This document shows positions 8,906 through 18,998 of a stretch of 39,046 nt of DNA, in pieces; positions within the stretch are counted from its first letter, which is position 1, and every line of letters starts with the position of its first letter. Made by a program: the position numbers and the translations under genes. This stretch comes from a virus (Duplodnaviria; Caudoviricetes). The notes beneath the pieces were generated by a model. It had not been told where the DNA came from and did not search any database. It was given only the letters and a program-made list of their open reading frames with translations. The stretch lies in IMG/VR virus record IMGVR_UViG_3300042297_000157, positions 1 through 39,046 of that record, one strand, 5' to 3'.

Positions 8906-9556
8906 ATGGCAATTGCAGCAACAACTATGCGGACAGACCCGCTAAGAAACTTTAAGTTTCGTGTAAGCATCCATCCAAAAAACCAAAACGCCAGTAACCT
9001 CGCTAACCAGTTAAGTGCTATTGGTGATCTTGGTTTTGCTCAAGTGAGTGGTATCTCCGTTACTAACGAAGTTATCTCTTACCGTGAAGGCGGAATGAAC
9101 ACCCACCCACACAAGATGGTTGCTCAGTCAGACTTTGCTCCTGTGTCATTTGCACGAGGAGCATTTGCTGGTCAGGACCAACTATGGGCATGGCAGAAGT
9201 TTATGCACGCATGGCTAGGCGGTGGCGTCGCAGGCGCAACTGGTTTGGCAATGGGTGACGGAGACTACCGTTGTGACATCGTGGTTCGTGTTTATGACCA
9301 CCCACACACCGCTTCAGAACTTAATGGTGGCGGAAGCCTGAACTACCAATACGATGGTGGCGTCCAGAACAAGAGCATTACCCCAGGTAACGTGAAGTTT
9401 GCATTTAAACTTTTCAACGCATGGCCTGGCGCTTACGCTTTGACCGACCTCAACGCTGGTGACAACGGTATCTTGATTCAGTCAATGACCGTACACCACG
9501 AGGGCTTCTTTATTGCTTGGAGTGACGCAGACATCGCCAATATTGAAACGATGTAG
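8906..9556 (+). CDS. Tail tube protein (T4 gp19-like)
   Basis: 216 aa with 'DPLRNFKFRV', 'GFAQVSG', 'YREGG' and 'NAWP', following the sheath gene. Confidence 0.92.
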   Translation: MAIAATTMRTDPLRNFKFRVSIHPKNQNASNLANQLSAIGDLGFAQVSGISVTNEVISYREGGMNTHPHKMVAQSDFAPVSFARGAFAGQDQLWAWQKFMHAWLGGGVAGATGLAMGDGDYRCDIVVRVYDHPHTASELNGGGSLNYQYDGGVQNKSITPGNVKFAFKLFNAWPGAYALTDLNAGDNGILIQSMTVHHEGFFIAWSDADIANIETM

Positions 9557-9588
9557 TATAAGTTAATTCCACAACATAGGAGCATTAA

Positions 9589-10371
9589 ATGGATCTAAAG
9601 CAACAAGCGGACGCCCTTAATACTGCCCTTGACGGAGACGTCCCTGAAATCAAACCAGCACCCGATACGGTTGTTGAGTTGATTAAGGGCGTCTACAACA
9701 AGGACATGGATTCTTGGGACACCACTGCAATCGTTCGTGAACTAAATGGTTTTGATGAAGAGGCTCTCGCTTCTTTAGATAATAAGAACCTTGTATACGC
9801 AGAGTACATGTCAACCTTGCTCAAGCGTGCCGTTATTAGTATTGGGTCTGTAGATATTGCAAGCACCCCGTCAATAATTGACGAGTTGATTATTGGTGAC
9901 CGTGACCTCTTGTTCTTGGGCATTGTTATTGCTACATACGGAAGCAACCGTGAGTACCAAGTGATTTGTAACGGATGCTCGGCGTCCAATGATGTCACCG
10001 TTCCTGTTGACAAGTTTGATAAAAGGAACATGGATGTAGATGTCTACAAACCAATTACGGCTACCTTAAAGAATGGTGAGACGGTGAATTTCCGTCTACC
10101 TACTGGCGCTGATAGCCAGTACGTTTCTAAAAAAGCCAAGTCCATAGCGGAACAGAACACCATCATGTTGGCTCGTTGTGTGTCCTCAGACGATGTTAAA
10201 AATGCAGAACACTGGGCTAAAAGCCTCGGTATTCAAGACCGCTCTAATCTTATAAACGCCCTGATGCAGAACCAGCCAGGGCCTGAGATAGGGGAGGTGA
10301 ATGCCCAATGCGCTACGTGCAACGAACCAATCGTTTTCGTGCTTGATTGGGCATCCCTTTTATTCGGTTAA
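9589..10371 (+). CDS. Tail assembly chaperone / T4 gp26-like hub assembly protein
   Basis: 260 aa with 'GDRDLL', 'FRLPTGAD' and two CxxC pairs (CNGC, CATC). Lies between the tube and tape measure genes. Confidence 0.75.
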   Translation: MDLKQQADALNTALDGDVPEIKPAPDTVVELIKGVYNKDMDSWDTTAIVRELNGFDEEALASLDNKNLVYAEYMSTLLKRAVISIGSVDIASTPSIIDELIIGDRDLLFLGIVIATYGSNREYQVICNGCSASNDVTVPVDKFDKRNMDVDVYKPITATLKNGETVNFRLPTGADSQYVSKKAKSIAEQNTIMLARCVSSDDVKNAEHWAKSLGIQDRSNLINALMQNQPGPEIGEVNAQCATCNEPIVFVLDWASLLFG

Positions 10372-10510
10372 ACTAGTTCATATATACTGGGAATACGATT
10401 TGATTGCCACCGTCTACAAGGGCTTTACGCTCGCTGATATACAAAACATGACTGTACGCCAAAGAGAGTACTGGTCGTCTATGGGTAAATGGCGTAAGTC
10501 TGGAGACTAG
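10358..10510 (+). CDS. Second chaperone segment, probably a frameshift extension of the upstream gene (+1 frame)
   Basis: Open +1 frame encoding ...LVHIYWEYDLIATVYKGFTLADIQNMTVRQREYW..., typical of the short segment before tape measure genes. No well-placed start of its own. Confidence 0.55.
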   Translation, partial: FYSVKLVHIYWEYDLIATVYKGFTLADIQNMTVRQREYWSSMGKWRKSGD

Positions 10511-10512
10511 CG

Positions 10513-13290
10513 ATGGCACCACTACCACCACCTGATGGTGAAAAGAGTTTGAATGGACCCTTTGGTGGATCCACCACGTCTGGTGGAGAACTCGCTCAAT
10601 TTCGTGCCAAGTTCAATGTTGACCTTAGCCAGATGTCAAAACTCATTACAGGCTTTCAAAGTCTTAAAGACAAGATAAAAGCAGTTGAGACTGCTGCTAC
10701 ATCGGCTACCAGCAAGGTTAACAGCCTCTCTAACGCTCTCCAAGGCGTAACAGGTGGTTCTGCGGGGTTAAACGTTTCTGCACCGTCTAACGGCACTACA
10801 AGCACTGGTACCGCCGTCTCACAGGCTATTGCTAGTAGTAAAGCCTCTGTAGTACCTAAGACTGGTTCTAGCCCTGTTGCTCAGGCTGGAATGATGGGTG
10901 GGAGTGGTAGTGGTTTCTTTTCCAACATGCGTGGTGCCGCCTTTCCAAGTGGTACAGGTGGCGGAGCAGGCATGGCGCAAGTTGCGCAATATGGTATGCA
11001 AGCCATTGGTGCAGGTATTAACGCAATTGATAACCGTACTAACCAGATGTATGGTCGTGCCTTACGGACTGACCAATTGGCTGTTCTTTATCAACAAACC
11101 GAAGGAATAAGTCAACAAGGTTATTATGATCAATATAGGAAACCTCTTCAAGGATTCCGACTTGGTGCTGATGGTACAAACCAATTATTAAGTCTGCAAG
11201 CACAGACAGGTATCAATGCCCAGAAACAAGCAGGAAGTATTCAAGGACTTAGCGCTGCTTTAGGTTACTCCTACAGCACTCAAGACTTTGCTTCAATGCT
11301 TACAACATTGGCTAACCCAATGGTCAACAACAGAATGACCATGACATTAGGAACTGGTTTGTATGGTCCTGGTGGTAAACAACGCTCCATGACTGAGGTG
11401 TTCCAAGGAGTTGTTCGTGGGTCTGGCTTAACAAATGAACGTTACCTTGCTGGTGCAATGCAACAAGGTTCTTCCGCCCGTGCACGTCTGACTCAGTTGG
11501 GTCTTCCTGAGGATATGCAAAATGCAGTCCTTCAATACGCTAAAGATAATGTCACTTTTCAAAAGAAAACTGGTGGCAATCAAGGGATGTATAACCCCGA
11601 ACTTAAATCCCAGCGTGAAATCATGGGCATTGAAAAGAACTTTGCCACACAGCAACAAGAGACAACTCGTAAACAAGAAGTAAAAGACGAGAAGTTCTAC
11701 AACCGTCAAAAAGACAACCTTGCGTCAATGGAAACCAACACGCAAAAGATGATTGAGTTGACCACCCGTATTCAAGAATTGACTTCTGCAATTACTGGTG
11801 CTCGCATCTCTAGTCGTGGAAATCCAATAACCAGAATTGGTGGAAGTCTTTTAAAGAAAGGTTTAGGCGCTGGCATTATCGCCGCTTCTGGTATTGGTAC
11901 CGTATTAAGCGGTGGTACTGCAACCCCATTAACACTTGGAACTGCTGCTTTTGGTGCAAGTTTGTTACTTGGAGATGGTACTGAAACAGCAAGCGGTAAG
12001 AAAAGTGCATCGGCTACTAAAGGTAAAGTTACTTCAGGAAGTTCTTCTGGATTAAACGATAAGTTTAGACAACGTCTTGAACAGATGATTGAAGCCTCTG
12101 GTGGAAAAGTAGGGATTGGCGGAGGATTTCGTTCTAGTGCTCAACAACGTAGTTTGTTCTTGTCTCGGTATAGTCGCACATCTGACAAGACTGGGACATT
12201 TTGGGATGGCGCATACTGGAAGAAGAACTCAGGTGTTGCAGACGCCGCTCCTCCAGGAATGTCAATGCACGAAATTGGACTGGCGGCTGACCTTACTGGT
12301 GACCTTAACTGGGTGCAAGAAAACGCCGCTAAGTATGGTTTGAAGACTTTTGCCAACGTCAACAACGAACCATGGCACGTACAGCCAGCAGAACTCCCTA
12401 ACAGCCGTCGTCAATATGAAAAGGCTGGGGCACCTTGGGGAACTATTGCTGGTGCGGAACGTATGGATCCAAATGCAACTTTTGAGGGAGCGTCTAGCGA
12501 CGGTGGAGTATCCGATGCTTTGTACAACTCAACTGGTTCTGGGAATGTAAACGCATACTCACAAATGGGTATGAGTGCTCAGATGGAAGCATTCAAAGTT
12601 GGATCTAGGAAACTAGGTGGCGGCGGCGGTGGCGGTCGTATGGCTACAGGACGCCGTACTCGTAACGTTGGATCCGCCAGCACCTCAACACAACAATCTG
12701 GTTCTGTAACAACTGGCAAAGCCATGGACCCCCGTGCAATTGCACAAATGCTATTGAATCGTGGATTTAAAAAAGAAGACATTTGGAAGATGCTTGCTAT
12801 CTCCCATAGAGAATCACGTTGGATACCTTCAGTACGTAACGTAGGTCCTGTTGATGACTCATATGGCTTGTTCCAAATAAATATGAAAGGCAACTTAGGG
12901 GAAGCCCGACGTAAGTATTTTGGTATTGCTGACGATAGTGAATTGTTTGATCCAAAAACTAACGTTAAAGCCGCCCGCATTACCTATGGCGGAGGAAACC
13001 TCTCACCTTGGAATGTTAAAGGTGACTGGAAGAACGGTATTGCCCCAGACAAAATGGCGCAGAGTAAACAAATTGCTCAGAGCATGAACTTACCAACCAC
13101 AGGTGACCCAACAACACCGTCACGTGGTGGAGGTAATACAACGGTTGTGCAAGGCGGGGGAGTTACTATCGCCCCAAATATCTACATCCAGTCAACGGGA
13201 AGTAACACTGCGGACGCAAAGCGTGCGGCTCAAGAAGTCGCTAACTTAATTACTCAAGATCTTAAACGAACCGCTATGAGGAACCTCTAA
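10513..13290 (+). CDS. Tape measure protein with M15 (VanY-like) peptidase and lytic transglycosylase domains
   Basis: 925 aa. M15 motifs 'GFRSSAQQ', 'APPGMSMHEIGLAAD', 'EPWH' (~12050-12390). SLT motifs 'AISHRES', 'SYGLFQIN', 'LFDPKTNVKAA' (~12720-13070). Confidence 0.88.
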   Translation: MAPLPPPDGEKSLNGPFGGSTTSGGELAQFRAKFNVDLSQMSKLITGFQSLKDKIKAVETAATSATSKVNSLSNALQGVTGGSAGLNVSAPSNGTTSTGTAVSQAIASSKASVVPKTGSSPVAQAGMMGGSGSGFFSNMRGAAFPSGTGGGAGMAQVAQYGMQAIGAGINAIDNRTNQMYGRALRTDQLAVLYQQTEGISQQGYYDQYRKPLQGFRLGADGTNQLLSLQAQTGINAQKQAGSIQGLSAALGYSYSTQDFASMLTTLANPMVNNRMTMTLGTGLYGPGGKQRSMTEVFQGVVRGSGLTNERYLAGAMQQGSSARARLTQLGLPEDMQNAVLQYAKDNVTFQKKTGGNQGMYNPELKSQREIMGIEKNFATQQQETTRKQEVKDEKFYNRQKDNLASMETNTQKMIELTTRIQELTSAITGARISSRGNPITRIGGSLLKKGLGAGIIAASGIGTVLSGGTATPLTLGTAAFGASLLLGDGTETASGKKSASATKGKVTSGSSSGLNDKFRQRLEQMIEASGGKVGIGGGFRSSAQQRSLFLSRYSRTSDKTGTFWDGAYWKKNSGVADAAPPGMSMHEIGLAADLTGDLNWVQENAAKYGLKTFANVNNEPWHVQPAELPNSRRQYEKAGAPWGTIAGAERMDPNATFEGASSDGGVSDALYNSTGSGNVNAYSQMGMSAQMEAFKVGSRKLGGGGGGGRMATGRRTRNVGSASTSTQQSGSVTTGKAMDPRAIAQMLLNRGFKKEDIWKMLAISHRESRWIPSVRNVGPVDDSYGLFQINMKGNLGEARRKYFGIADDSELFDPKTNVKAARITYGGGNLSPWNVKGDWKNGIAPDKMAQSKQIAQSMNLPTTGDPTTPSRGGGNTTVVQGGGVTIAPNIYIQSTGSNTADAKRAAQEVANLITQDLKRTAMRNL

Positions 13291-14936
13291 TGGCAAACCC
13301 CCCTAATCGTTATGCTGGAAACCAGTTTTACAACATAGAAGCGGCTGACCCAAACGTAACAAACAGCACTAAAAGCAACCCCGACTTTATCTGGCCTGGG
13401 CCTTCTCAAAAGAATGCTGTATTAGGAAGTCCTGGAAGTACGTACCCTGTAGAGCGTGGTTATATGCGTTTGCTAACAAACGAATATACAACGGTAAATG
13501 GAAGCCTGTCACCAAGTCGTCGCCTGAACTTTCAGTTTAACCCAGATACTTTAACACGTAGTGTTTCTGCACGAAATGATATCCAGTATTGGATGAACCA
13601 AGACCCTTTTCAATTAACACAACCAACACCAGGTGATGCCAACTTTGGTTTTGATTTAATGTTTAACCGTGAAGCAGAGATTGCGTCATCTTCATATAGA
13701 ACACAATCAGGTATTACAAAAGTTAGGTCAGACGCTGACTTACTTAAAGATAGAAGTAATGGGTTGGGTGCACGCCCAGACATTGGTTTAAACCTAGATG
13801 CATACGACCCATCATGGGTAACTGACATTGGAGTACTTGCTGACCTTATGGTCTTTGACCAACTTATTGGTCAAGGTATTAACAGCGACATTATTGATCA
13901 AATTGCAAAACAGGCTGTTACAAGTGCAAAAGCGTACAACAACAGTGAAGGCGTAACTAGTGACGCTACCGACAAGTCTTTGGAAACAGATGAAGCGATC
14001 TACAAAACCTATTTAGAAGCGAACTTAGGAAACTCTGCTTTTCTAATTGCACAACCTATTCGTGTTGTGTTTTCTTCTTTGTTTATGGTTGAAGGGTTTG
14101 TAACAAACACAAGCGTTTTGTTTAATAAGTTTAACCATGCAATGGTTCCTACACAGTGCACGATTAGCGTCAATATGACGGCTATGTACATTGGGTTTGC
14201 TCAACCTAAAACATACCTAACAAAACTATACGAAGACTTTGATAAGCAGGCGAAGGCTGACGCCGATGCGGTTGCTGGAGAACAGGGACAACTTGTATCA
14301 GTAGGTAACTTACTCGTAGAAAAGAATGGGTATAGGTCCTCTACCAATATAACAAAAGTATTATCATCTTTTAACGTAAAAGACTTATTAATTAGTGGGG
14401 GAAACCTTACAGCACTTTCTATGCGCCCTACTCCTACATTAAAAGAATGGGCAAAGGCTGGAACAGGTAAGTTAACTGCTAAAGCAACTATTCAAGTTGT
14501 GTATAGAGGCCAAACAGGAGGCGGTTCTGCTGGAGGGTATGCAGTTGGGTCAACTGTGTACAACGGTACTTCACAACCGATCACTATTGCTAACTCAAGC
14601 ATATCTACTAAACCTTGGGTTGATCTTGCCTTCCAATTTACTACTCAAAAATCAACAATAGCACTAGACCAAAGTGCTTCGGCTTTATTTAACGTTACTT
14701 TTCAAATCCGTTATTACCTTGAAGGTCCTGGCGGTAAGTCTATCCAAACCAGCGAATTTGCATCAGGGGGTGTAGTAGTAGATGCATCAACCCTTGTTTA
14801 TCCTGGAGGTGAGATTAAGATATGTGGAAGAACTGCTAATAACAATAAAATAACTACTAAAAATGGAGTAACTGATACAGTGTCCCGTAAATACGGAGCG
14901 GCAGTTACTAGCAATAAAAATACAGGAATAAAATAA
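13290..14936 (+). CDS. Tail tube initiator / baseplate-proximal tube protein with C-terminal extension
   Basis: 548 aa with 'LNFQFNPDTL' and 'MVEGFVTN...MVPTQCTISV', typical of post-tape-measure tube-fold proteins. Confidence 0.6.
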   Translation: MANPPNRYAGNQFYNIEAADPNVTNSTKSNPDFIWPGPSQKNAVLGSPGSTYPVERGYMRLLTNEYTTVNGSLSPSRRLNFQFNPDTLTRSVSARNDIQYWMNQDPFQLTQPTPGDANFGFDLMFNREAEIASSSYRTQSGITKVRSDADLLKDRSNGLGARPDIGLNLDAYDPSWVTDIGVLADLMVFDQLIGQGINSDIIDQIAKQAVTSAKAYNNSEGVTSDATDKSLETDEAIYKTYLEANLGNSAFLIAQPIRVVFSSLFMVEGFVTNTSVLFNKFNHAMVPTQCTISVNMTAMYIGFAQPKTYLTKLYEDFDKQAKADADAVAGEQGQLVSVGNLLVEKNGYRSSTNITKVLSSFNVKDLLISGGNLTALSMRPTPTLKEWAKAGTGKLTAKATIQVVYRGQTGGGSAGGYAVGSTVYNGTSQPITIANSSISTKPWVDLAFQFTTQKSTIALDQSASALFNVTFQIRYYLEGPGGKSIQTSEFASGGVVVDASTLVYPGGEIKICGRTANNNKITTKNGVTDTVSRKYGAAVTSNKNTGIK

Positions 14937-14938
14937 CC

Positions 14939-15190
14939 ATGACACTTAACTCTTCTTCCCGATACACAACATCTAAAGATGAAACAACATCAACAATGTT
15001 GGCTGTTCTTAAAGATGTTGCTTCTGAACGGTACACAACTTACGTAAGTCGTTACGGTGACACTTTTGATTTAATTGCTACCCGTATCTACAATGATCCA
15101 ACTCAATATTGGAGAATTGCAAACCTTAATCCGCAAGTTAAATTCCCTAATGAAATCCCTGTAGGAACTCAACTTAGAATTCCGTCATGA
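14939..15190 (+). CDS. LysM / tail-X-like baseplate protein
   Basis: 83 aa, 'GDTFDLIATRIYNDPTQYWRIANLNP...IPVGTQLRIP'. Confidence 0.88.
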   Translation: MTLNSSSRYTTSKDETTSTMLAVLKDVASERYTTYVSRYGDTFDLIATRIYNDPTQYWRIANLNPQVKFPNEIPVGTQLRIPS

Positions 15191-16356
15191 TCTTTAAAAG
15201 TTCTTTTCCGAACTCCCCCAACGTCACTATTTTGATTAGTGGTGTAGCCGTGGACTATACGTCTATTCAATCAGTGACTTTAGAGATCACTGAAAACCAG
15301 CATGACATGGCTACCATTATATTTACTGGGCTTATTCCAAAGGCTATTACTGATTACACGGGTGCCCCTGTTTACATTTCTATATCCTTGAGTCCTACCC
15401 AAATCAGTTCTTTTAATGGATACATAACATATATAGAACCTGAGATGCATAGTCGTAAAGGCTTAATCAATAACAGCCCAGTCCAGACTGCCACGGCAGT
15501 TTGTTTTGGCGCTAGTTATGACATGTCTCAAACTACAAATAAAGTTTGGTCAAACATAACATTGCCTCATCTGGTTGAGACACTTGCTACTAAATACAAC
15601 TATTCGTATTCGGTTCCTTCTGATTTCTTTACATGGAAGAGCCTTCTACAAAATGCTAAATCAGATTGGGCTTTTTTGAAGGAAGCATGTAACTCCATTG
15701 GTTATTACATGACTACCAGTGGCACACACATACATGTGTACGACCCTTATAAAATCATTTCCCGTCAAATGCCATATGTAGAACTGATGACAGTGCGTGG
15801 TACTGGTGGAGATCTTGAGTACACCTCAGGAAAGATCATGGAATTTAAAGGAACCTTTGGTGACCGTACTCCAGAAGGATCATCTAGTAATTACACATAT
15901 GTGGGAATGGACTCACGTGGAGTTATCCACTCAGCATCTACGGATGACACAGTCTCTACCAAACTGGGAGAAGTGGTACCAGCACGCTATGTAGAGACAG
16001 TCGCAACAAACGTTCAATCTTTAGAGGCTCTCAATAGGTTTGTTACGGCGGCTATGAAAACAGATTACCCATATAACGCCACTGCTGTAATAACAGGAAC
16101 CCCAGACCCTGTCCCAGGTTCAGTTATTAAACTAAATAACTATGACTCAATGTTTGATGGTTACTGGCTTACCAGAAGTGTTAAACACACCGTAAGTCGT
16201 TCTAATTACATAACAGAATTAACGATTGCCACAGACTCTACCAATGGTAAGTACCCAGAGGTGCTTCCATCTACAGCCTTTAAAGCCCCACCGATGCCCG
16301 TCCTTTTAAATAACAAATGGATTTCTAAAAAAGCATTTGGAGAAGTATATGTTTGA
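15187..16356 (+). CDS. Baseplate hub protein (T4 gp27 / P2 gpD-like)
   Basis: 389 aa with 'QNAKSDWAFLKE' and 'FDGYWLTRSVKH'. Confidence 0.82.
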   Translation: MIFKSSFPNSPNVTILISGVAVDYTSIQSVTLEITENQHDMATIIFTGLIPKAITDYTGAPVYISISLSPTQISSFNGYITYIEPEMHSRKGLINNSPVQTATAVCFGASYDMSQTTNKVWSNITLPHLVETLATKYNYSYSVPSDFFTWKSLLQNAKSDWAFLKEACNSIGYYMTTSGTHIHVYDPYKIISRQMPYVELMTVRGTGGDLEYTSGKIMEFKGTFGDRTPEGSSSNYTYVGMDSRGVIHSASTDDTVSTKLGEVVPARYVETVATNVQSLEALNRFVTAAMKTDYPYNATAVITGTPDPVPGSVIKLNNYDSMFDGYWLTRSVKHTVSRSNYITELTIATDSTNGKYPEVLPSTAFKAPPMPVLLNNKWISKKAFGEVYV

Positions 16357-17005
16357 TACCTCTGTATACCGAGCCATTGTTGCCTATAGCAATTCTTCAA
16401 CTGGGGAAATTACCGTCCGTGCTCCTGCCCTAACAGGGCTTAGTAGTGTCCTCCCTATTTCCTTTGTGGGCAGAACAGCGTACAATGGAGTCTGGCCCGT
16501 ACCCGCAATTGGATCACAAATCGTAGTCACCGCTGACGATGCTCACCTTACGAACGTTTTTTGGGTTCAGGTAAACCCTGATGCCCCAACGTCTTTGGCG
16601 GGAGTTAACGCAAGTATCACTGACCTGCAAACAGCAGTAAGTGGACTGCAGACAGCAACAGGAGACAACGAGTCATTTACCAATGCAGTACGGACAATGG
16701 TCGCCGCTAATACGTCGGCTACTGACCGCAACACAACAAGTATCACCACACTAAACTCAAATGTCTCAACAATTAATTCAAGTATCAACACACTAAACTC
16801 AAATGTCTCAACAATTAATTCAAGTATCACCACACTAAACTCAAATGTCTCAACAATTAATTCAACTATAAGCACGGTCTCTACCGATGTCTATAGGACA
16901 ACTAATATGTTGCAGACGATACGGGCGGTCAGTTCTACGTTGGAAGCCCGTACTTCTGAGTTAGAAGATTATGTAGACGCTTTTTACTTAGGAATTTACA
17001 GGTAG
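16349..17005 (+). CDS. Baseplate spike-like protein (gpV/gp5 OB-fold) with coiled-coil C-terminus
   Basis: 'YRAIV...GEITVRAP...VPAIGSQIVV' OB-fold signature. Start placed at ATG 16349 after SD GGAG, rather than TTG 16337. Confidence 0.65.
   Translation: MFDTSVYRAIVAYSNSSTGEITVRAPALTGLSSVLPISFVGRTAYNGVWPVPAIGSQIVVTADDAHLTNVFWVQVNPDAPTSLAGVNASITDLQTAVSGLQTATGDNESFTNAVRTMVAANTSATDRNTTSITTLNSNVSTINSSINTLNSNVSTINSSITTLNSNVSTINSTISTVSTDVYRTTNMLQTIRAVSSTLEARTSELEDYVDAFYLGIYR
16737..16865 (+). repeat. Three tandem 42-bp repeats (14 aa, two heptads)
   Basis: caagtatca(c/a)cacactaaactcaaatgtctcaacaattaatt at 16737, 16779 and 16821, with one mismatch in copy 2. Confidence 0.95.
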
Positions 17006-17011
17006 GACTTT

Positions 17012-17428
17012 ATGGCATCTATTTCGTTACCTTTTTATATTGACTCTTCAGGGCGAGTGGCTAAAGCGACGTCCCCTGAAAAGATTGTAGAACAACAAAT
17101 CATTGATGTACTCACCACCTCTAGGTTTGAAAGAGTTATGCGCCCACTCTATGGTGCTGGTGCCAATCAACTTTTGTTTGAGCCAGTAGACGATCTTGTA
17201 TATAGCGAATTCAGAACTGACGCATTAACGGAATTAAATAAACAATTAACATATGCTTCTGTTACCAACCTTCGTGTTGGTCCTGCCCGCTACCCATACA
17301 TTGATGAAGACCCAGCAGTTGTATTGGAAATTACAGTCCAGTACAAAATGTCTATGTCTAACATCAAGAACTTTTCATTTCAAATAGCAATACCCCAAGA
17401 CCTCACTGAGGAGTCCCTAATATTATGA
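17012..17428 (+). CDS. Baseplate wedge subunit (gp25/gpW-like)
   Basis: 138 aa, 'ISLPF...LTTSRFERVMRPLYG...LLFEP'. Confidence 0.9.
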   Translation: MASISLPFYIDSSGRVAKATSPEKIVEQQIIDVLTTSRFERVMRPLYGAGANQLLFEPVDDLVYSEFRTDALTELNKQLTYASVTNLRVGPARYPYIDEDPAVVLEITVQYKMSMSNIKNFSFQIAIPQDLTEESLIL

Positions 17429-18996
17429 GTACCTTTGATTACACGAGCCGTGACTACGCTTCAATCCAATCGGATCTTTTAGCACGGGCAACTACACAAT
17501 TACCTGAGTGGACGTCTCGTGAGGCATCTGATTTTGGCATGATGATGGTGGACCTATGGGCGTACATGGGAGACGTGCTTCATTACTATGTTGACCGTGC
17601 CGCCGCAGAAGCATTCTTGGGAACTGCAACACAGCGTGAAAGCGTTTTGGCTATTGCAAACCTTTTGGATTATGTACCTTCTGGTCGTCAAGCCGCTCAA
17701 GCAACTATTCAAATAGATGCATCATTGACAACTGCCACTGATAGTGCCCCAATCTATATACCTCAGTACACCCGCTTTGTGGCTACCCCGTTACTTGATA
17801 CTGCTACCCCAGTTATCTTTACATCAGATACACCAATTGCTTTTGTTGGAACAGCATCGGGGGCAAGCGTGAACCTTGTGTCCGATGGTGTTACATACAC
17901 CACATACCCAAAAACAACTGTTGTTTCATTGGCACTTACTGAGGGTGAGATGTTCACAGAAACATACACCTCAACAGGTTTGGCTAACCAGCGAATCACA
18001 CTTCGCCAAACTGGTGTCGTTACCGAAAGCATGGATGTAGAAGTTGGTGAAGGTTTTAACGGCTCTAACATTCAATACACATACACTCCACGAATCCTTG
18101 ACGGTGGAACTAACTCCTATATCTATGCAGTAGATATAGATGCTGACAACGGAAGCACTGTTGTTTTAGGAAACGGAGTTAACGGACGAATTCCAACCAC
18201 TAATGCCACCATAGCCATTAGTTACCGACGTAGTCGTGGTTCAGCAGGAAACGTTTTAGTGGGCGCCATTAATGCACTTGAAAGCACCACTGTTGTCAAT
18301 AAACCACCACTAGATGGTATCCAGATAACCCCTAACACTATTAGGGCCGCTGGAGGTGTGGACATTGAATCAATTAGTTCATTGAAGACAAATATTCCTC
18401 TATCGTTTAGAACTCAAGACCGTGCTGTATCTCTACAGGACTACGAAGATATCTTGTTACGTATTCCAGGAATTACAAAAGCAACAGCATATGTTGACGG
18501 AAGTAACGTGGTTCAAATACGAGCAGTCACTCCTCAATCAAATTATGGGTCTACGAACACATTAGTGCTAGACGCAACTACCATTTCTACAATACAAAGT
18601 TATTTGTCTACTCGTGAAATCACTTATGTGACATCAAACGTAGGGGCATCAGTAACTGTCACACCAGTAAACATTGTTGGGACAATACGAGTACAAGATG
18701 GTTTTGTACAGCAAACAGTTTCTGCAAACGTCCTTACCTCTATTCAAGACCTCTTCTCATTTGAGAATATGGACTTTGCAGGAAAGGTTTCTTTGGGAGA
18801 TCTTTACCGAGCAATACTTGACGTTAACGGAGTTGACTACGCAGTAATCACACGATTTACAACGACTGTCAACAACGTGATTGACAGCAGTGGTGGGTTC
18901 ACTGGAGTACAAGCATCGTCTACATCTTTATTAGCACTTGCTACATCGTCTACCTACACAATGGTGGCTAGTGGCGGAATTGTGGCTGGAGCCTAA
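17425..18996 (+). CDS. Baseplate J-like wedge protein (T4 gp6-like)
   Basis: 523 aa with 'DYTSRDY', 'LGNGVNGRIP', 'GSAGNV', 'GGVDIES' and 'RAVSLQDY'. Confidence 0.92.
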   Translation: MSTFDYTSRDYASIQSDLLARATTQLPEWTSREASDFGMMMVDLWAYMGDVLHYYVDRAAAEAFLGTATQRESVLAIANLLDYVPSGRQAAQATIQIDASLTTATDSAPIYIPQYTRFVATPLLDTATPVIFTSDTPIAFVGTASGASVNLVSDGVTYTTYPKTTVVSLALTEGEMFTETYTSTGLANQRITLRQTGVVTESMDVEVGEGFNGSNIQYTYTPRILDGGTNSYIYAVDIDADNGSTVVLGNGVNGRIPTTNATIAISYRRSRGSAGNVLVGAINALESTTVVNKPPLDGIQITPNTIRAAGGVDIESISSLKTNIPLSFRTQDRAVSLQDYEDILLRIPGITKATAYVDGSNVVQIRAVTPQSNYGSTNTLVLDATTISTIQSYLSTREITYVTSNVGASVTVTPVNIVGTIRVQDGFVQQTVSANVLTSIQDLFSFENMDFAGKVSLGDLYRAILDVNGVDYAVITRFTTTVNNVIDSSGGFTGVQASSTSLLALATSSTYTMVASGGIVAGA

Positions 18997-18998
18997 CA

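Noticed and set aside
10369-10374. Additional TAAACT at the chaperone stop codon
   Set aside because: No start codon lies at leaderless spacing, so it may be chance.
12616-12636. GGC/GGT run
   Set aside because: Encodes a poly-Gly linker between tape-measure domains.
16737-16865. CRISPR array
   Set aside because: The repeats are head-to-tail with no spacers and are in frame within a coding sequence.
7309-18996. Stand-alone extracellular contractile injection system or tailocin
   Set aside because: The tail genes resemble eCIS components, but scaffold, capsid, neck and a full replication module are contiguous, so this is a phage.
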